A DNA stretch of 20,000 bases, taken from an uncultured virus (IMG/VR IMGVR_UViG_3300045284_000132). Its lineage: Duplodnaviria > Heunggongvirae > Uroviricota > Caudoviricetes. Location of the stretch: the IMG/VR virus record IMGVR_UViG_3300045284_000132, one strand, 5' to 3'. This document shows, piece by piece, positions 1 through 6,534 of this stretch (its first letter is position 1; each line of letters begins with the position of its first letter). Below the pieces are notes generated by a model that made no database searches, was not told the origin of the DNA, and saw nothing but the letters and a program-made list of their open reading frames with translations. Position numbers and translations under genes: made by a program.

Positions 1-2
1 CG

Positions 3-1427
3 TGCACAAACGGCGCAGCAAATACTGGCAGCGGCGGCGGCGGCATTTCGGCGTCAGGCACAGCATGCAACGGCGGCAGCGGCGTCGTCGTCATCTCATA
101 CCCGTCCGGTGCACCGAATGTGAATTGTATTGGCGGAACCGTCACGACAAGTGGCAGCAATACGGTTCACAGTTTCACGACGCCCGGATCAGCAACAATC
201 AGTTGCGTGACTGGAAAGGCGATCAACTATTTGGTCGTGGCTGGCGGTGGCGGCGGCGGCGGTCAGGATGGCGCAGGCGGCGGTGCTGGCGGCGCTCTAA
301 CTGGCACAGGAACATATCTCGCGCCCGATCCAACAACAATCACAGTCGGTGCGGGGGGTATTGGAGGGAGCAGCGCGACCGGGTCGAATGGCGCTAATTC
401 CTTGATAGTCGGGATAGTTGCTGCTGTCGGCGGCGGTGGCGGGAAGGGTGCTGCGGCTGGCGCTGGCAACGTTGGCGGGTCCGCTGGCGGTAGCAGTAAC
501 AGCGCTACCGTGGCTGCTGGTACGACGGGACAAGGCAGTGCTGGCGGGGCCGGGGCAACGAGTGGAAACCTTGGTGCTGGCGGTGGCGGCGGCGCGACTG
601 CTGCTGGCGGTGCCGGAACAACTACAGTCGGCGGTATCGGCGGCGCAGGACTTACTTCAACAATTTCCGGTTCGTCGGTTTGTTATGCTGGCGGCGGCGG
701 TGGCGCTTTAGTCACCACAGGCAGCGGCGGCACTGCGACGTGCGGCGGCGGCGCAGGTGTGCTCAGCGGTACTGCCAACAATGGCACTGCTAACACTGGC
801 GGCGGCGGCGGCGGTCAAGGTGCGACGAGTGTTGTTGGAGGTACTGGCGGCAGTGGCGTCGTCATCGTGTCTTATGTCACCGACTCAACGCAAGCGCCGC
901 CAGCGGGAACATGGAAGCCGCTGATCACGACGCAGAGTCCTCCGAGTCTCGGCTCGGGGTTTACCAACTACCATCTGCGAACGCGCTACAATACTGCGGC
1001 GTATGTTGCTGGCGTTGCGAACAGCGGCAACATCCAGATACGAGTCACTGTCACTGGCGGCGGCACGACGACCAACTCGTTTAATGCGATGTACTGCGGT
1101 CATGCTGTTGCCGCCGATCCAAGTATGGATTTTGATGGCTCGCAGGTTCAAATCAGATTTTCTGGCAATGCCAATCTCAGTTTGCCATCTGGCACGATTG
1201 TGTCTGACGCGGTGAATTATGCATTTGACAAAACGAAGGCTTTCATCTGTTCATACAATTGGGCCGCTAGCAGCGTGGTATATGGGACGACGACGGGGCC
1301 AGCAGGAATAAACATGGGCAGCGCTGCTGGTACTGGTGCCAATGCCGGTGTTAGTGCGGCAGGTTTTAATGTGACCAACACCAGCTATAATTCAGTCGCC
1401 ACACAAATTGAGGTATTCGGACCATGA
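3..1427 (+). CDS. Glycine-rich repeat protein, probably virion/tail-fibre associated; 5'-truncated by the window
   Basis: Frame is open from base 3 (CTNGAANTGSGGGG...GGSGVVVISY) into the listed 120..1427 ORF. Typical phage Gly-rich module YLVVAGGGGGG...YAGGGGG...ANTGGGGGG...GGSGVVIVSY, whose end motif occurs twice. Non-Gly beta-rich C-terminal domain. Confidence 0.75.
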   Translation, partial: CTNGAANTGSGGGGISASGTACNGGSGVVVISYPSGAPNVNCIGGTVTTSGSNTVHSFTTPGSATISCVTGKAINYLVVAGGGGGGGQDGAGGGAGGALTGTGTYLAPDPTTITVGAGGIGGSSATGSNGANSLIVGIVAAVGGGGGKGAAAGAGNVGGSAGGSSNSATVAAGTTGQGSAGGAGATSGNLGAGGGGGATAAGGAGTTTVGGIGGAGLTSTISGSSVCYAGGGGGALVTTGSGGTATCGGGAGVLSGTANNGTANTGGGGGGQGATSVVGGTGGSGVVIVSYVTDSTQAPPAGTWKPLITTQSPPSLGSGFTNYHLRTRYNTAAYVAGVANSGNIQIRVTVTGGGTTTNSFNAMYCGHAVAADPSMDFDGSQVQIRFSGNANLSLPSGTIVSDAVNYAFDKTKAFICSYNWAASSVVYGTTTGPAGINMGSAAGTGANAGVSAAGFNVTNTSYNSVATQIEVFGP

Positions 1428-1606
1428 CATCATTTCCTGATGAGTTGGCGAAGCTGTTAGAGCAACGACTCCCGCCTGCAGAATTAGAGGCGAAGGCGAT
1501 CGAGTTGCGGAAAAAATACGGATTGCCTATTCTGAAAGACACCGGCACTGATCAGTTTGGAAGACCGCTGCCGCCGCGCCCACCATCAACAAGTGACAAG
1601 TCATGA
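1424..1606 (+). CDS. Hypothetical protein (60 aa)
   Basis: ATGA overlaps with both the upstream stop and the downstream start (translational coupling). Confidence 0.65.
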   Translation: MTSFPDELAKLLEQRLPPAELEAKAIELRKKYGLPILKDTGTDQFGRPLPPRPPSTSDKS

Positions 1607-1761
1607 CAGTCAAGCTGCTCATCGCGTTGAAAGCTGACGACACGATCTTGCTGCAAATCTCCGAGAATGAAAAAGCCTTGGCGCACATTGCACTCGATCG
1701 CGTGCAAGCGCTCGCAATCGCCAACGAAATAAAAACGCTGGCAGAGCGCATAAAGCGTTGA
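1603..1761 (+). CDS. Hypothetical protein (52 aa, MTVKLLIALKADDTILLQISE...), not in ORF track
   Basis: Hand translation; ATGA overlap at 1603-1606; plausible beta-beta-alpha composition. Confidence 0.6.
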   Translation: MTVKLLIALKADDTILLQISENEKALAHIALDRVQALAIANEIKTLAERIKR

Positions 1762-1764
1762 CAA

Positions 1765-1808
1765 CTTTTCAAACTGATCTTGAAAAGCCTGCGCGAACCA
1801 TGTAGCAA
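1765..1808 (+). promoter_or_regulatory. Inverted repeat CTTTTCAA-N7-TTGAAAAG overlapping a putative sigma70-type promoter
   Basis: Arms at 1765-1772 and 1780-1787. TTGAAA(1780-1785)-N17-TAGCAA(1803-1808) lies upstream of the AAGGAG RBS of the 1856 gene. Confidence 0.4.
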
Positions 1809-1855
1809 GGAATCGTTCACTCGACTTTCACTCAACACACACAAGGAGCTTTCCA

Positions 1856-2446
1856 ATGGCTGGAAGACCCGTCGTCATTATTGGCGAAATGTATGATCCG
1901 ACGTTGAGCATTGGTGGAGGTCCGATGCCCGGTGGACCACCGCTTGGGATTTGGGGCGGAAGGCCGCCTCCTTATGTTGACATCGGTGGACCGCCGCCGC
2001 AGCCGGGTATTTGGCCGTCACCGGGACATCCTGCTCATCCGATCGCGCCCGGTGGACCGCCGCTCGGCTTTTGGGGTGGTCGCCCGCCGCCGTATGTTGA
2101 CATCGGAGGGCCGGGTCCGCAGCCCACGCCGACGCCGCCGATCTATTTCCCGCCGCCCGGTTCGCCGCCGCCGCTGGGGATTTGGGGACCGCCTGATATG
2201 CCTCCCGGTTATTGGGGTGGCGGGATGGGTCCGGGCGTGAAGCCGCAGCCGCATCCCGAACATCCGATCGTGCTGCCGCCGAATCTGCCACCGGAAATTC
2301 CACCTGAAGGCGGAGCCCCGGCAACGCCGATTGATTGGCACGTAGGATGGACGCCGCAGACCGGATGGATCGTGGTCGGCGTTCCGAATGTACCTCATCC
2401 CGTACCGGCAGCGGCAACCGGAGCACCGCAGCCGCCCAAGAAATAG
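1856..2446 (+). CDS. Pro/Gly/Trp-rich repeat protein of unknown function
   Basis: Strong RBS AAGGAG. Duplicated unit PGGPPLG(I/F)WGGRPPPYVDIGGP, 40 aa apart, with mostly synonymous DNA differences. HPxHPI motifs. Followed by a terminator. Confidence 0.85.
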   Translation: MAGRPVVIIGEMYDPTLSIGGGPMPGGPPLGIWGGRPPPYVDIGGPPPQPGIWPSPGHPAHPIAPGGPPLGFWGGRPPPYVDIGGPGPQPTPTPPIYFPPPGSPPPLGIWGPPDMPPGYWGGGMGPGVKPQPHPEHPIVLPPNLPPEIPPEGGAPATPIDWHVGWTPQTGWIVVGVPNVPHPVPAAATGAPQPPKK

Positions 2447-2472
2447 CGGAGCAAACAAACAACTTGCTGGGC

Positions 2473-2506
2473 AGGGCCGCATCACACCGATGCGGCCCTT
2501 TTGTTT
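2473..2506 (+). terminator. Rho-independent terminator
   Basis: AGGGCCGCATC(2473-2483)/GATGCGGCCCT(2489-2499) perfect stem followed by TTTGTTT. Confidence 0.85.
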
Positions 2507-2523
2507 GATAGGGAGCAACGTCA

Positions 2524-2730
2524 ATGACTGAGCCCGCACCTAAAACACAAATAATGCATTGCATCGTTGCCAAACTTCCCGGTGGCAATTTCTGGTCCGA
2601 CAAATATGAAACTGCAGAGACGATGAATCATGTTCTTGAATGGTTAAGGGCGCGACAGGTTGCTGATGTTTTAGTGTTCACCGATCCGTTGATCGTCCTC
2701 GAACCCACGGCAGAATCATCGAACGAATAG
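2524..2730 (+). CDS. Hypothetical protein (68 aa)
   Basis: GGGAG RBS; fills the gap before the endolysin-like gene. Confidence 0.55.
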   Translation: MTEPAPKTQIMHCIVAKLPGGNFWSDKYETAETMNHVLEWLRARQVADVLVFTDPLIVLEPTAESSNE

Positions 2731-2739
2731 GCGCAACAA

Positions 2740-3738
2740 ATGGGACGCCCACTGATCAAATACGGTTCGTATGGGCCGGATGTGTTGACCGTGCAGCAAT
2801 GTCTTGACTGCGAACCGCTCGACTCTGACTTCGGCTCGATCACTGAGCAAGCTGTCGAGAGATTCCAGCGCGAGCAAGATTTGTCTGCCGATGGCATCGT
2901 GGGCACGGATACGTGGGAAGCGCTCGAACGCGAATTCGATCTTGAACCCTATCCGCCGCCGATGTTTCCGCCACTCACCGATCATCAAATAGATTCGATA
3001 TGTGAGGTCGCCGACAAGAGCAAGATCGCTTCCTACAATTGGCATGACAGAGGCACCGCGCCGGTCGGGTACACGCGCGGCATGGCTATCGCGTGGTCAA
3101 CGGTCTATCGCAAATATTTGGCGGGCGACACAGCAGCGCTCGAAATGGCGAAAGCCGATACCTATGACGACAGCAAGGATGCGCTGAGTTGGTTTCGGTC
3201 TAACTACAATGCCATCGGCATGACGAATGATAAAGCTGGCCCTGATACACTGCGGCATCTGTTCGTCATGCTGATGGGTCTCGGCATGCGCGAGTCATCC
3301 GGGCAGCATTGCGAGGGGCGCGATCAATCCGCGAGCAACACATCGAGCGACACGGCGGAAGCTGGTCTATATCAGCAGTCATCCAATTCGTTGTCGGCTT
3401 CGTCAGAGATGCAGAAATTATATGACGCATATCTGTCGAGCGGCGGGCTGGACGGCGAGCAGCCAATTTGTGCGCTCGGCATTTTCTCTGAGGACGTGAG
3501 TTGTAGTAGCTCCGATTGGGGATGCTACGGCAGCGGCAAGGGATTTAATTTTCAGACGATGATCAAACACTGCCCGCAATTTGCAGTCGAGGTTTGCGGC
3601 GTTGGCTTGCGCGTGCTGAAGGATCATTGGGGTCCGGTGAAGCGCAAGGAATTGGAGCTTCGAACGGAAGCCGATGATCTATTCCGTTTGATACAACGAT
3701 ACATTGATGAGATGGGTTCTGACGCGCCGGTGTCGTGA
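2740..3738 (+). CDS. Peptidoglycan-binding domain protein with putative lysozyme-like/lytic-transglycosylase domain (candidate endolysin)
   Basis: N-terminal PG_binding_1 pattern (GSYGPDVLTVQQCL...DFGSITEQAVERFQ...LSADGIVGTDTW). C-terminal GMRESSG...EAGLYQ resembles the ES and GLMQ motifs of the lysozyme-like/SLT superfamily. Confidence 0.75.
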   Translation: MGRPLIKYGSYGPDVLTVQQCLDCEPLDSDFGSITEQAVERFQREQDLSADGIVGTDTWEALEREFDLEPYPPPMFPPLTDHQIDSICEVADKSKIASYNWHDRGTAPVGYTRGMAIAWSTVYRKYLAGDTAALEMAKADTYDDSKDALSWFRSNYNAIGMTNDKAGPDTLRHLFVMLMGLGMRESSGQHCEGRDQSASNTSSDTAEAGLYQQSSNSLSASSEMQKLYDAYLSSGGLDGEQPICALGIFSEDVSCSSSDWGCYGSGKGFNFQTMIKHCPQFAVEVCGVGLRVLKDHWGPVKRKELELRTEADDLFRLIQRYIDEMGSDAPVS

Positions 3739-3962
3739 TGGGCACAGTCGAGGAAGCAGGCGGCACAGCGCGCACGCTGATTTCTTCGCTCGCCTCGACG
3801 CCTGTGATCTTGGCACTTGTTGTGTTCAATCTGTTCTACATCGGCATGACGACGTATCTGCAAGTCAAACAAAGCGAGCGCTTTGTTGCGAACCAAGAGA
3901 TTTGGGAGCGGATGACGGAAAAGGCAATGGCAGCGTGCCAGCAGCAGACACCGAGGCAATAG
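3738..3962 (+). CDS. Small single-TM protein, holin/lysis accessory candidate
   Basis: Hydrophobic stretch PVILALVVFNLFYIGM; overlaps the stop of the PG-binding gene; paralogous to the next gene. Confidence 0.65.
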   Translation: MGTVEEAGGTARTLISSLASTPVILALVVFNLFYIGMTTYLQVKQSERFVANQEIWERMTEKAMAACQQQTPRQ

Positions 3963-3965
3963 ATC

Positions 3966-4397
3966 ATGGGCATCGCAGAGGAAACCGGCAAAGCAGTCGG
4001 CGGCGTTGTCGATGCCTTTCGATCGACGCCTGCGATGCTCGCGATCATCATCATGAACGTCGGCCTGATGTTGTTGCTCTATTATTATATGAACAGGATT
4101 ACGACGCGCACCGAGATTACCCTTAAAGAGATGTACTCGGCAAACGACAAAATATATCAGCAGTGGGCATCGGTACTCAAAGACACCAATGCGCTAACAG
4201 AAAGAGCCTTGCACTGCATTCTGCCTGACGATGCCTTGAAATTGTTTCAAGGTGGAGCACCACCACCGCGCTATGCGCCGCCTATGCCGGAAGCGCCGCG
4301 TGCTCCGGTGCAGCCGAATACCTTGCGGCGACGATCGCCAGTGTTCAAGGACATCGACATTCCAGTGTTGTTGTTCGAGCCGATGAGATTCCCATGA
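3966..4397 (+). CDS. Single-TM protein paralogous to 3738..3962, with longer helical and Pro-rich tail
   Basis: MGIAEETGKAVGGVVDAFRSTPAMLAIIIMN aligns with MGTVEEAGGTARTLISSLASTPVILALVVFN. Confidence 0.65.
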   Translation: MGIAEETGKAVGGVVDAFRSTPAMLAIIIMNVGLMLLLYYYMNRITTRTEITLKEMYSANDKIYQQWASVLKDTNALTERALHCILPDDALKLFQGGAPPPRYAPPMPEAPRAPVQPNTLRRRSPVFKDIDIPVLLFEPMRFP

Positions 4398-4561
4398 GCA
4401 TCGAGGAATTACAGGCGTCGCTGACACGCAAACAGGAAATCGATGCGCTGAAGGCAAATCAGCAGCAGTTTGTCGAGACGCATCGTTGGCTGATCCAAGC
4501 TGTCGAGTTGTTGCTACGGATACAAATCAAAAATGAACAACGCAAAGGAGGAGCAAAATGA
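4394..4561 (+). CDS. Hypothetical coiled-coil protein (55 aa, MSIEELQASLTRKQ...), not in ORF track
   Basis: Hand translation; ATGA overlaps at both ends (4394-4397 and 4558-4561). Confidence 0.6.
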   Translation: MSIEELQASLTRKQEIDALKANQQQFVETHRWLIQAVELLLRIQIKNEQRKGGAK

Positions 4562-5256
4562 AAATCGCACTGTCGTCAGGCCACGGTAAATATATTCGCG
4601 GCGCGCGCGGATCGCCGGTGCCGCCGCAACTCGATGAAGTCGATGAGGCGCGTCGTGTTGTTGCTCGCGTCGCGGAGATGCTGAAGAAAACCAACGTTGG
4701 AATAGTAACGTTCAACGACGACACTTCACATTCCCAAAACGAGAATCTGAATACGATCGTCGCTTGGCACAACAAACAAACGCGCGACTACGATGTAAGC
4801 TGTCACTTCAATGCCTTCGATCACACCGCGCACGGCACGGAAGTCCTGTACGTGTCGCAGCAATCGCTGGCGAAAAAAGTGTGCGATGCAATTGTCGGCG
4901 CTGGCGGTTTCACGAATCGTGGTGCCAAGTACAACGGAAATTTGGCGTTCTTGAATGGCACGAACAAGCCAGCGATTTTGCTGGAAGTGTGTTTCTGCGA
5001 CAACACTGCCGATTCAAACAAATACAATGACAAGTTTGATGCGATCTGCGAAGCCATCGCGGAGTCGATCGGCGGCGAGAATGTTCCCGATGACGTACAG
5101 CCGACGCCACCAGAACCGGAGCCGCCACCGGCTGAGCTTGTGGTATCGGTCGCGATCACTGCGCCGCCCGGAGTGATCGTCAACGTCATGCAATCGGTGA
5201 GTGGCGCGGCACCGCAAGATGTGAGCGCGCTTCAGAAGATTCCATCCGAGAGTTGA
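4558..5256 (+). CDS. N-acetylmuramoyl-L-alanine amidase (Amidase_3 family) endolysin
   Basis: Motifs SSGHG, E (DEVDEA), SCHFNA, GTEV, LAFL...PAILLEVCFCDN; RBS AGGAGG; Pro-rich linker and short C-terminal domain. Confidence 0.92.
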   Translation: MKIALSSGHGKYIRGARGSPVPPQLDEVDEARRVVARVAEMLKKTNVGIVTFNDDTSHSQNENLNTIVAWHNKQTRDYDVSCHFNAFDHTAHGTEVLYVSQQSLAKKVCDAIVGAGGFTNRGAKYNGNLAFLNGTNKPAILLEVCFCDNTADSNKYNDKFDAICEAIAESIGGENVPDDVQPTPPEPEPPPAELVVSVAITAPPGVIVNVMQSVSGAAPQDVSALQKIPSES

Positions 5257-5257
5257 C

Positions 5258-5299
5258 AAAAAGAAACGGCGGGCTGATGATGCCCGCCGCTCTTGTTTG
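5258..5299. terminator. Terminator hairpin, probably mainly for the minus strand
   Basis: CGGCGGGC(5267-5274)/GCCCGCCG(5282-5289) with AAAAAGAAA on the left and CTCTTGTTT on the right. Confidence 0.65.
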
Positions 5300-5324
5300 T
5301 GTGATCGAGTGAGGACTGCGCGGG

Positions 5325-5359
5325 AGAGGCTGTCGGCAATCGACAGCCTCTTTTGTTTT
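5325..5359 (+). terminator. Rho-independent terminator of the lysis operon
   Basis: AGAGGCTGTCG(5325-5335)/CGACAGCCTCT(5341-5351) 11-bp perfect stem, then TTTGTTTT. Confidence 0.8.
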
Positions 5360-5819
5360 ATGTCCCTTTGCGCGAGTCCATCTCTGCCTTGAAGTCATCA
5401 GGCGATCGACGTGACTTGCGCTTGCGCACGGCTGGAATTGCATCCCAGCTTTTCGCATTGGCTTTCCCTTCCTCAGTGTTTTTCAATTCCGAGAGTGGGA
5501 TCGCTGTCTGCGCCTTGACCTTGGGTGTTCTGCGCAGTGCAGCCGGAATGCCGTCATCGGTTTGGTTTGCTGACACAGGCTCGATCGGTGACGGCTTCTG
5601 TTCTAATTTATTGGCGACCAATAAATTAGATTTGAATGCCTCGCTGTCGATCTTGTCGATCCGCTTCCCGATCCGCCGCACTGCTTGTTCCAGTCCGGGG
5701 ATGGTTTTCGTGTCGAGCCTGATCAGCAATTTGATCGTCGCCTCACGCTTCGATTTGGCATTCTCAAGTTGACGTTGCGCACGCCGTAGGGCGGCGCGAG
5801 TCTTCTCGCGTCTGTCCAT
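5358..5819 (-). CDS. Basic hypothetical protein (153 aa) with Arg-rich N-terminus and IPAxxR motifs
   Basis: Start MDRREKTRAALRR at 5819 with AAGGA RBS; own promoter and terminator. Confidence 0.75.
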   Translation of the reverse strand: MDRREKTRAALRRAQRQLENAKSKREATIKLLIRLDTKTIPGLEQAVRRIGKRIDKIDSEAFKSNLLVANKLEQKPSPIEPVSANQTDDGIPAALRRTPKVKAQTAIPLSELKNTEEGKANAKSWDAIPAVRKRKSRRSPDDFKAEMDSRKGT

Positions 5820-5835
5820 AGTGGTAAGTCCTTCT

Positions 5836-5907
5836 GTTGTCAAAAATCCCACCAGCGACTTGCTGATGTCACCAGCAACTATTTGCTGATGTGAGAGCAT
5901 TATAGCA
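5836..5907 (-). promoter_or_regulatory. Extended -10 promoter, two repeated leader hairpins and a boxA-like motif
   Basis: Minus strand: TGC-TATAAT (-10 at 5904-5899), then CATCAGCAA-atag-TTGCTGGTG, CATCAGC-aagtc-GCTGGTG, then ATTTTTGACAAC. Confidence 0.55.
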
Positions 5908-5978
5908 TAGTGAGAATCGCTGATTGTTTGATCGATGATGAACAACAAACACTTAGCTCGACGCCATCATTGATGTTG

Positions 5979-6007
5979 TTGATAAAAATAAATCACCCGG
6001 ATACCGT
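5979..6007 (+). promoter_or_regulatory. Putative sigma70 promoter
   Basis: TTGATA(5979-5984)-N17-TACCGT(6002-6007) in an AT-rich divergent intergenic region. Confidence 0.45.
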
Positions 6008-6023
6008 TTGCGAGAATCCGTCA

Positions 6024-6128
6024 ATGTGGCGAGCAGTCATGAATCGAGGCGCGCGCAAAGCCATCATCATCTTTCTGATCGTCGTCGCGATCCTGATCGT
6101 GATGGCGTTTGTTGGAGCATACGTGTGA
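6024..6128 (+). CDS. Very small single-TM protein (29-34 aa)
   Basis: Basic residues followed by AIIIFLIVVAILIVMAFVGAYV; start could also be 6039. Confidence 0.5.
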   Translation: MWRAVMNRGARKAIIIFLIVVAILIVMAFVGAYV

Positions 6129-6141
6129 AGGAGAAAGCAAC

Positions 6142-6318
6142 ATGCCAATCGGTCTCGCGTTTTGGATTTTGATGTTGATCTGGGCGGTGTTCTCGCTCGC
6201 GGTGTTTGGTGGATATGTCGGCGGCACGTATGCGCTCGGCGGCGGCGCGTTGCTGCACTTCGTGCTGTTCGGTTTGCTGGGGTGGAAATGCTTCGGCTCA
6301 CCCTTGCGCAGCGGATGA
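6142..6318 (+). CDS. Small two-TM membrane protein (58 aa)
   Basis: AAGGAG RBS; MPIGLAFWILMLIW...LLHFVLFGLLGWKCFGSP with two hydrophobic helices. Confidence 0.75.
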   Translation: MPIGLAFWILMLIWAVFSLAVFGGYVGGTYALGGGALLHFVLFGLLGWKCFGSPLRSG

Positions 6319-6335
6319 AGAATAGAGCTTCAAGA

Positions 6336-6455
6336 GCTTTCATCGTCCTGAGTGTTTCCCCGCTAAGGACGAGAGAGTAGCCGGAACCCGATTCCCGGCT
6401 AGTTGCCTCCCAACTGATGCCCCTCTGCCCCTTGTGGCAGGGGGGCTCTTTTTTT
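6336..6455 (+). ncRNA. Candidate sRNA or structured 3' UTR: three hairpins with C-rich loops plus terminator
   Basis: Stems TCGTCCT/AGGACGA (6343-6349/6366-6372), TAGCCGG/CCGGCTA (6378-6384/6395-6401), AGTTG/CAACT (6401-6405/6411-6415) and a terminator stem. Confidence 0.55.
6419..6455 (+). terminator. Rho-independent terminator
   Basis: GCCCCTCTGCC(6419-6429)/GGCAGGGGGGC(6436-6446), one G-U pair, then TC and T7. Confidence 0.85.
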
Positions 6456-6478
6456 GTGTGCGGAATTTCTAGCATATC

Positions 6479-6507
6479 TTGAATGCGCAAACCAGACTCG
6501 ATAGCGT
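6479..6507 (+). promoter_or_regulatory. Putative sigma70 promoter
   Basis: TTGAAT(6479-6484)-N17-TAGCGT(6502-6507) just after the terminator and ahead of the AAGGGG RBS. Confidence 0.5.
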
Positions 6508-6534
6508 CATGATTCGGAATCAAGGGGAAATCCG

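Noticed and set aside
2..397. Arg-rich 131-aa ORF
   Set aside because: Shadow frame of the GGC-rich glycine codons in the real gene.
1779..1803. RpoH-type promoter CTTGAA...CCATGT
   Set aside because: Spacer looks too short for the consensus; not supportable by eye.
1927..2110. DNA direct repeats as CRISPR or DGR template/variable repeats
   Set aside because: In-frame coding repeats with synonymous differences, not A-specific; no spacers, cas or reverse transcriptase in the window.
5944..5984. IHF-like or att-arm-like motifs (CAACAAACACTTA; TATCAACAAC on minus)
   Set aside because: Multiple mismatches to WATCAANNNNTTR and no integrase or att core visible.
6336..6420. Hammerhead ribozyme
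   Set aside because: No CUGANGA and GAAA core in the correct order on either strand.
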